This document shows, in pieces, positions 57,578 through 64,000 of a stretch of DNA of 64,000 bases. Position 1 is the stretch's first letter. Each line of letters begins with the position of its first letter. The stretch covers positions 6,810 through 70,809 of the forward strand of contig CANRZD010000001.1 of NCBI GenBank assembly GCA_947644325.1, given 5' to 3'. The notes beneath the pieces were generated by a model, which was given only the letters and a program-made list of their open reading frames with translations, was not told the DNA's origin and searched no databases. Origin of the DNA: an uncultured Clostridia bacterium (GTDB lineage Bacteria; Bacillota; Clostridia; Oscillospirales; Acutalibacteraceae). Made by a program: the position numbers and the translations under genes.

Positions 57578-58750
57578 ATGACCATGCCACAATATACTGA
57601 CCGCTTAGAGCAAAAGCAATACGACATAAGCCCGACAGACGATGATTACATAGATAAGCTGACTGATGTGACCGGGATGTTCCGCACGTTTGGCGAAGCG
57701 CTGACCGCTTTTCTCGCGGAACACGATTATATCTCCTTCCAATCGCCAGAATCTGCCAATCGGTACATAAGGAACGCTTTTGAAAAGACCGCGATAACTG
57801 CTCCACGAAGTTTGCCGCGCTGGTTTTCAGACGGTATCCGTCCTAGCCGCAAGACTGCTTTTCAGATCTGCTTTGCACTGGGACTGAATTTCGACAGCAC
57901 CCAGGACTTTTTCCGCCGTGTTGTTTTGCAACGAGGTATAGACTGCCACGACCAGACCGAGGCTGCTTACTACTTCGCCCTGCGGCATGGCTTTCCCTAC
58001 CACAAAATCATTGCATTTCTACAGGATTTGTCCGATTTTCCAATAAGTACAACAGTTCAGCACACCCCCACTATTTTCACCACTGACATCATGAGTGAAA
58101 TTGATTCACTTGAAACATTGGAGGATTTATCAGTTTTTCTAAAAGAAAATGCCGCATGGTTTGGGGAAAACAATCGCACCGCAAGTCGATTTATCCAACA
58201 GTTATGGGATGAAATTGCGGCACAGAATGGCTTGGCTGTACGCGAACGTTTCTTAGTAAACAAGAGGCGAAATATAAAAAACCTCTTCATCTGGGACATC
58301 TATTTGCAGATCTTAGGCCTGCCTTCTAAAGAAATCAAATCCATCGCTTCGAATCGGTCACTGAAGTTTATACTCAAAAACGACAAACTCCTGCACTCCC
58401 TGGCCCAGGATTCTTTTCCCGACCGGCAGGGCTTTCAGTTGATCCTCGCCGGGAAACATGTCGCCTATGAACGCGTCCGGAAAATTCTCATTTTGCTCTC
58501 CTTCTATTCTTTCTGGGCAAATCGGGCCATCTCAAAATCAGAAATCATCTGCCGTGCGCAAGGCGGCGACGCCGACCGCTGCCTTGTGGAGATCAACCGC
58601 TTTCTGGCCGATTCATCATACCCAGTACTCTACTCAGGTAACCCATATGATTGGCTTTTCCTGTTCGCCATACAAGATGATTATCCGCTGGAAACCTTTC
58701 GTGGATTTATGGGCGAGCTGTTCGCGCAAGGAGTGGAGCATAATGGATAG
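57578..58750 (+). CDS. Hypothetical protein with XRE-like helical domains
   Basis: LPRWFSDGIRPSRKTAFQICFALGL resembles an XRE HTH; a similar second module (RKILILL...LYSGNPYDWLFL) lies at the C-terminus. Confidence 0.65.
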   Translation: MTMPQYTDRLEQKQYDISPTDDDYIDKLTDVTGMFRTFGEALTAFLAEHDYISFQSPESANRYIRNAFEKTAITAPRSLPRWFSDGIRPSRKTAFQICFALGLNFDSTQDFFRRVVLQRGIDCHDQTEAAYYFALRHGFPYHKIIAFLQDLSDFPISTTVQHTPTIFTTDIMSEIDSLETLEDLSVFLKENAAWFGENNRTASRFIQQLWDEIAAQNGLAVRERFLVNKRRNIKNLFIWDIYLQILGLPSKEIKSIASNRSLKFILKNDKLLHSLAQDSFPDRQGFQLILAGKHVAYERVRKILILLSFYSFWANRAISKSEIICRAQGGDADRCLVEINRFLADSSYPVLYSGNPYDWLFLFAIQDDYPLETFRGFMGELFAQGVEHNG

Positions 58751-60560
58751 GCGCAAGGCGTTGACCGAGGGAAGCCTCCTGGAGTTTCCATCCGGCCTGT
58801 ACACTATACAAAAAGAAATAGCGCGGGGAGGCTCCTGTATCGTATATGATGCGTTCTATCAAGCTACCGGCGGCATACGAAGACCAATCAAGATCAAAGA
58901 GTGTTTTCCTGTCGGACTTTCCATTAGCCGTACAGATTCCGGGGAGCTTATTGCCAGTGAAGCCTGCCGGACGATTTTTACCGCGGCTAAAGAATCCATG
59001 CGCCAGGTGTTCCGCATAGAGAGCGGGCTGTCCTTGGCAGGGGGTCTCGCAAACAATATTTCATTTTCATGGAACATCTATGAAGCCAATAACACCGTAT
59101 ACATTCTGTCCGCTTATGCAGAGGGAAAAATACTATCCCAATACGCGCCCGGCAGCATGAAAGAATGTATCTCCATCGCCAAAAATGCGGCTATAGTCAT
59201 TGAAAAAATGCATCGCTCCGGCTATCTGTACTTGGACTGCAAGCCCGACAATATTTTCGTCTTGAGCGGTACGCCTGGGCTAGTCCAATTTTTTGACTTC
59301 AACACCCTCCTTCCCTGGCCTATCCGAGACTATCAACCAAAACTCGCAGGCTACACAAAAGGGTTTGCAGCACTTGAGCAGCAGTTGGGCCAGACTGACC
59401 GTTTGGGGCCGTGGAGCGATGCTTACGGAGTAGCGGCGTTATTGTTCTGGCTGTTGTTCGGTCGCGCACCGGATGCGATAGACTGCCGGGAAAACGCTCA
59501 GCTTCGGTATGAGAGATCACGGTTCGGCATGGTGGATCACCGAAACAAGCTTTTTTATGAGCTGGATGCTTTCTTTCGGAAAAATCTGGCCAATTCCTGC
59601 TGTCTTCGCTGCCAGACTATGGATGAAGCGGTGGCCCAACTGGATTCGTTGGAGGTTTTAGCCGATACCTGGCGCGGAGAGCGCAGCGCAAACCCCTCCA
59701 TCGGCAAAAAGCTCCGGCTTTACACCCTGCTATGTTCCCCAGGCGACGAGGATGAATCTTTCTTGGATCTTACCGAAGGCCTCTTTGCGGACAGCGAAAA
59801 CCTCCCGCAGGATGACGTGATGTCCCTGTATGACAAGGCCGTATTTCTCCATACTTCCCGGGGCGATTTCCCCGAGGCGTGGAAGAAGCTTGAACAGGCC
59901 AGACGATTTGTCTCCCGGCGCCATAACCCGAGGCTGAGGGCCCGCTGGCACTATCTGTGTGCCATATTTTTTGATGCCCGCTTGGCCGGGCGGTACGAGA
60001 CGGACAACGAGAACCACGACCTCCGTGCCCAACTGTGTTCCCTGAACAAAGCCATCCGCTGTCTAAGCTTGTCCCATAGTCAGGAAAACAAGATCCTACT
60101 GGTTGAATACACCCTTTCAAAATGTGCGCTGCTGGTGCGAAGCCACTCCAAAAACCAGTCAAATATACAGCACAAGCTGCTGCAAGTCAAAAAGTTATTG
60201 CCCTGTTGCCGCCAGCTAAAGCCCAGCCTTGTCCGGGACTTTTACCTGCTCTGCGGATGGTTTTTTACCCTGTCCAGGCCTGACCTTATCCATGCGCAAA
60301 GGGCCATGGGTGAAGCTGAAAAAATCCACCGTGAGCTCAATCTCTCAGACTTGGAGACCATAGACGAACTGCTCATTCCCTGCGGAAATATGCTGCTGGA
60401 ATTGCGGGATTTTGACGGAGCGGACAAATATATCCGATCTGCGATTACATTGTGCGATATCCACTCTGCCGAAGCCCCTTATTACCGCAAAATGCAGGAG
60501 CTTCTCTCCTGTCTTTCAGACATCCAGGCTGCGCGGAATGTATTCACAAATCCAGAATGA
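58743..60560 (+). CDS. Cytoplasmic Hanks-type Ser/Thr kinase with C-terminal TPR-like repeats
   Basis: IARGGSCIVY, IKIKECFP, YLDCKPDNIF, FFDFN, GFAALEQ, SDAYGVAALL; helical repeat C-half; 8-bp overlap with the upstream gene. Confidence 0.85.
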   Translation: MDRRKALTEGSLLEFPSGLYTIQKEIARGGSCIVYDAFYQATGGIRRPIKIKECFPVGLSISRTDSGELIASEACRTIFTAAKESMRQVFRIESGLSLAGGLANNISFSWNIYEANNTVYILSAYAEGKILSQYAPGSMKECISIAKNAAIVIEKMHRSGYLYLDCKPDNIFVLSGTPGLVQFFDFNTLLPWPIRDYQPKLAGYTKGFAALEQQLGQTDRLGPWSDAYGVAALLFWLLFGRAPDAIDCRENAQLRYERSRFGMVDHRNKLFYELDAFFRKNLANSCCLRCQTMDEAVAQLDSLEVLADTWRGERSANPSIGKKLRLYTLLCSPGDEDESFLDLTEGLFADSENLPQDDVMSLYDKAVFLHTSRGDFPEAWKKLEQARRFVSRRHNPRLRARWHYLCAIFFDARLAGRYETDNENHDLRAQLCSLNKAIRCLSLSHSQENKILLVEYTLSKCALLVRSHSKNQSNIQHKLLQVKKLLPCCRQLKPSLVRDFYLLCGWFFTLSRPDLIHAQRAMGEAEKIHRELNLSDLETIDELLIPCGNMLLELRDFDGADKYIRSAITLCDIHSAEAPYYRKMQELLSCLSDIQAARNVFTNPE

Positions 60561-60626
60561 ACTAAGCCTATGCTATACTGGTCTCATGGCCGGATAGCAT
60601 AGGCTTTTATCAAGGAGGAATGTACA

Positions 60627-61556
60627 GTGAAGAGACGGTTATCATTTTTTGCAATAGGGCTATCGTTCATGTTTATCCTGACAAGCTGCAAGGCCGGTTC
60701 TGACATACAGTCAAGCGGTCCGACGGATATTCCCGCTGAAAGCGCTCCGCCAGCCAGCGTTTCGGCCGAACCCGATAACGCGGATGAAACGCCTGTCGCT
60801 GGATTTTCAGCAAAGGACGCGGTCAAGATCGAGGAAATTGATTGGTCGGTGGAAGAAAGCCTGGTGGACGGGGAACGCTTCATTTCCTTTGGCTACACCA
60901 ACAACAGCCCTTATACCATTCTGGACCTGGAGATACGCTTCGAGCAAAGAGAAAACCTGACCGCCGAAGACCTGGCTGCTTTTGACGAACTGAAGGCTGA
61001 ACGCGAGTGGTCAGATGAGGATGTTGCCGAAATTCACATTGAGGGTGCAAACCACAAATGCGCCTTCCCCGGGGACACGGTATCCGGTTACCCCTGCAAC
61101 ATAAACGGCACCGGCACCTGGGTCCAAAGTATGGCCCAGTATGAGCTGATGGAGCCGGATATGGCCACGATCTGCCTCATTGGCGACGATGGTAAAGGCT
61201 ATGTGGAGTATTACGATTTTAAATCGAATATTTACGGCGAGTCATCTCAGGGCGGGATCGATCTGCACCAGTGGTCGGACAGTGAGCTGGCGCAGCTCTT
61301 GCCAAAGGCGGAATCTGTCGCCGTACAGGTGGATCGCGACGACGAGGAAATTTTCTATTTTACCGCCTACGGTTCATCTGCAGAAAGCTTTACAGCGTAT
61401 GTAGAAGAAGTGAAGAAAAAGGGCTTCACTATGGTGGACTACGAAGGTCCGGACACATACCGCGCCACAAACGGCAATGGGGTAAAAGCGGTTATTACTT
61501 TCGACTCCATGCGAAACGAGCTGGAAGGCTACGTGGAAATTGAAGACAAAGAATAG
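60627..61556 (+). CDS. Lipoprotein with C-terminal DUF6591-like domain
   Basis: Lipobox LTSC, acidic linker, WSDSELAQLLPK..FTAYVEEVKKKGFT. Confidence 0.7.
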   Translation: MKRRLSFFAIGLSFMFILTSCKAGSDIQSSGPTDIPAESAPPASVSAEPDNADETPVAGFSAKDAVKIEEIDWSVEESLVDGERFISFGYTNNSPYTILDLEIRFEQRENLTAEDLAAFDELKAEREWSDEDVAEIHIEGANHKCAFPGDTVSGYPCNINGTGTWVQSMAQYELMEPDMATICLIGDDGKGYVEYYDFKSNIYGESSQGGIDLHQWSDSELAQLLPKAESVAVQVDRDDEEIFYFTAYGSSAESFTAYVEEVKKKGFTMVDYEGPDTYRATNGNGVKAVITFDSMRNELEGYVEIEDKE

Positions 61557-61599
61557 GATAAGATAGCGATGCCCGGTGTGCAAAATTACGCATACCGGG

Positions 61600-61628
61600 C
61601 TTGCGGTTTTGGCGTGTATATGCTATAA
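61600..61628 (+). promoter_or_regulatory. Sigma-A promoter of the lipoprotein-DUF4230 operon
   Basis: TTGCGG-N17-TATAAT with extended TG, right after an 11-bp hairpin (61570-61599). Confidence 0.6.
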
Positions 61629-61669
61629 TACCTTTGCTGCGAAAAACGTCGGATTATGGAGGAATAACG

Positions 61670-63388
61670 ATGAATATAAGGGGAATTGTCTGCAATGCGC
61701 TTTGCACAGCTCTCCTTCTGAGCCTGGCAGGGTGCGCGGAGCCACCAGAGTTCATAGAGAATTTCGCTATGGAGCAGGCGGGCATCACACATAACGAAGA
61801 TTACCAGAGCTATCAAAATATGCAAAACAAGGGCGAACTTGATGAAAACGGCCATTATCAGGGCGACGAGACCATCGAGCTGGAAGAGGTCGAGTTACCC
61901 GAGGGGGACGTAAAGATCAGCTTTGCAAAAAACTCCTGCCTAGATGTGGAATACTTCAGCGACGCTGCCTGTACCCAGCCCATAAAGGGAAGCGTATGGT
62001 ATATGAACGCCGGAGACGCGGTCTACGCGAAAACGCCGGAGCCCAAGGTAGACTTCACAGATTTTTATGAGTTCGACCGCTTCCTGCTTTACACCTATGA
62101 CGGCAGCGGCGCCCGCAGCGCATTCACTCAGGAAAGCACGGAGGAGGGGCTTGTGCTGCGTATCCCGGAGGAGTGGGGTGGGACGGATTTTTCCGTGGTG
62201 CCAATGGGAAAGTATCTGGACCGGACCATTCAATTGGACGACTACACGGAAACCGACGGGACCCGCAGCGAGCTCCACGGGAAATGGACCGTAAACGGCA
62301 AGCAGACCACGGATCCGGAGATATCCGTAAGCCCGGTCTCTTCCTGCACTATCGACTATGAATATGATCCGGAACGCTATCATGTGGCTGAAATATATCC
62401 GGAACAGGCGTTTCAAATGGACGGTTTTATCCGTTTTGAATCGGTGAGCGGTATTGATAAAATTTCCGTAAAGCTGGCGCCTTACGAGAAAATCGACCTT
62501 CGGATCGTACTGGACGACAGCGTGAAGAACATACTTCTGGACATGGTCACAGCCGATGTTAATGAAAATCTGCGGTACGACAATAAAGCCGAAAAGGATG
62601 GCAGCGGCCGCATTGCCTTTGACGGCAGAGCCGAAATCGGAAACAGCATCGAGTTTTCCACCTCCAATAAGCTTTCGGCGGACTACGCCTTAAAGTTCGC
62701 CGTAAAAAAGATTGACGACGGCGGCAAGGAGTATACTTCTACCCAATATATGAGCGGCTCATCCCAACAGACCCATGTTGACCTCTACGGCGGCGAACAG
62801 GATCTGGGCCGGGCGTATAAGAAGATCACGGTCACTATCAGCCATGTGGAAGCTTCCGCGTATACGCCGGTAACGGTGAAAAACGGCACGGTCACCCTCG
62901 CTTTGGAGGAAGACGGCAGGGAACTGACCGGCGGCGCGGTCCTAGAGAAGAAAAGCGAGGTTACGGTAACTATCAAGCCGAAAGATGGCTATTACGTCAC
63001 AGGCTCCAACGAGACTTCTGGTGTCTATTCTGAAACCATGAAGTTTGAAAAGTGGGAAAAGGACCAGCAGAAGATACTGGCTGCGCACCCCATTCAAAAG
63101 GCGATATGGGTCACTTTGAACAGCGAGGATAAACACGGCCTCTGCGTCTATAAGCTGGACGGCGAGACCGTCAGCGGCAAGGTCAAGCTGGAAGACGGTC
63201 AGAAGCTGGAGATTACATATTCGTTGACTGACGAGAAATATGAGATCGAGTTTGACTTCTGGGATTTTCAGAGGTTTTCCGACGGCGGAAGAAAGAAAAC
63301 CGCCAGTATAAAGGTCTCGGCAGAGCTGGACGGCAAAACGCTCAGTCCGGCGGACTTCGGGATAGAGCTCAAGAAGAAGGAGGATTAA
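61670..63388 (+). CDS. Large acidic beta-rich lipoprotein of unknown function
   Basis: RBS ggagga, lipobox LAGC, alternating beta-strand patterns throughout. Confidence 0.75.
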   Translation: MNIRGIVCNALCTALLLSLAGCAEPPEFIENFAMEQAGITHNEDYQSYQNMQNKGELDENGHYQGDETIELEEVELPEGDVKISFAKNSCLDVEYFSDAACTQPIKGSVWYMNAGDAVYAKTPEPKVDFTDFYEFDRFLLYTYDGSGARSAFTQESTEEGLVLRIPEEWGGTDFSVVPMGKYLDRTIQLDDYTETDGTRSELHGKWTVNGKQTTDPEISVSPVSSCTIDYEYDPERYHVAEIYPEQAFQMDGFIRFESVSGIDKISVKLAPYEKIDLRIVLDDSVKNILLDMVTADVNENLRYDNKAEKDGSGRIAFDGRAEIGNSIEFSTSNKLSADYALKFAVKKIDDGGKEYTSTQYMSGSSQQTHVDLYGGEQDLGRAYKKITVTISHVEASAYTPVTVKNGTVTLALEEDGRELTGGAVLEKKSEVTVTIKPKDGYYVTGSNETSGVYSETMKFEKWEKDQQKILAAHPIQKAIWVTLNSEDKHGLCVYKLDGETVSGKVKLEDGQKLEITYSLTDEKYEIEFDFWDFQRFSDGGRKKTASIKVSAELDGKTLSPADFGIELKKKED

Positions 63389-63390
63389 GC

Positions 63391-64000
63391 ATGGCAAAGA
63401 AGCCCAGGGATACGGTAGGCGCTGCCGTTAAGGCCGCGCCTGCCGCCAAAAAGCTGCGAATTATATACTTTTTCATTTGGCTGATCTGCCTTGCTGCCAT
63501 GGGGGCCGGCCTGTTCGCTTTGTTTAACGCCCGCTCTGCCGGTGAGAAAATCGGCGGTACAGCTGGAACGGCCGTCGGAAAAGCCATTGGCTCTTTTAAC
63601 GGAGTCACAACCGGACTGTCGGAAGGCGGCTCCGCCGGGACAAAAGAAGGCCTCTCGGCCGACGATACAACCGTTATTCTGGAAGAAATTCGGAGTACCG
63701 GCAGATTACAGGTGCTTGTGGCGGACATCAATCTGGATATATTCCATATGATTGGTAAGGACGGTGAATCAAAAAGCGGCGCAGATATGGATGTTGAAAC
63801 CACGAGAGACGCCAATTTTGTGGCCCTTTATAAGCAGAGCGGCCATGCCACGTTTACGGTGGACCTGGACAGGGCAACTGTTGAGCAAAATGGCTCCGGG
63901 ATCATTCTGACGCTGCCCCAGCCCCGAGTGGAGGTCATATCGGACGGCGAGCTGATACCTGTGGATAAATGGCAGAAGAGCGATTTTACCGGCAGCGCGG
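63391..64000 (+). CDS. DUF4230-like membrane-anchored protein, 3' truncated by window edge
   Basis: Not in the ORF track (no stop in window). MAKKPRD..., TM, Gly-rich helix, IRSTGRLQVLVA, ATFTVDLDRATV, IILTLPQPRV resemble DUF4230. Confidence 0.65.
   Translation, partial: MAKKPRDTVGAAVKAAPAAKKLRIIYFFIWLICLAAMGAGLFALFNARSAGEKIGGTAGTAVGKAIGSFNGVTTGLSEGGSAGTKEGLSADDTTVILEEIRSTGRLQVLVADINLDIFHMIGKDGESKSGADMDVETTRDANFVALYKQSGHATFTVDLDRATVEQNGSGIILTLPQPRVEVISDGELIPVDKWQKSDFTGSA

Larger units (their letters stand above)
52197..64000. mobile_element. Integrative (probably mobilizable) element at the tRNA-fMet 3' end; right end outside the window
   Basis: Visible GC drop after the tRNA; integrase pointing toward the tRNA; relaxase, xis and Rep-like genes; no T4SS genes in view. 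Confidence 0.88.

Overview
64 kb of a GC-rich, spore-forming Clostridia chromosome. Gene content and the gap/fba/pyr/era/recO sequences suggest an Oscillospiraceae-type gut bacterium; this is inference. 1-52.1 kb is host backbone: a surface-glycosylation locus, split transketolase, a 4.9 kb M60-family mucin metallopeptidase gene paired with an SLH protein, a mosaic pyrimidine operon, an ECF sigma/anti-sigma pair, amino-acid and sugar ABC transporters, glycolysis genes, a PASTA pseudokinase, sporulation genes and the phoH-ybeY-dgkA-era-yqzL-recO-mutS2 cluster. After an initiator tRNA-Met (52120-52196) the base composition visibly drops in GC and an integrative, probably mobilizable, element begins. 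It carries a tyrosine integrase, a relaxase, a MobC-like gene, a Rep-like HTH gene, an excisionase and DUF6076. Its cargo is an XRE-like protein, a Ser/Thr kinase-TPR protein, two lipoproteins and a DUF4230-like protein, and it runs off the right edge. Best candidates for something new: (1) a two-gene dockerin-M60 peptidase plus cohesin-like SLH anchor (a minimal 'protease-some'); (2) the kinase-centred cargo module; (3) an in-frame peptidase E-PyrD fusion; (4) a catalytically dead PASTA kinase. All family assignments come from motif recognition by eye; no database search was run.
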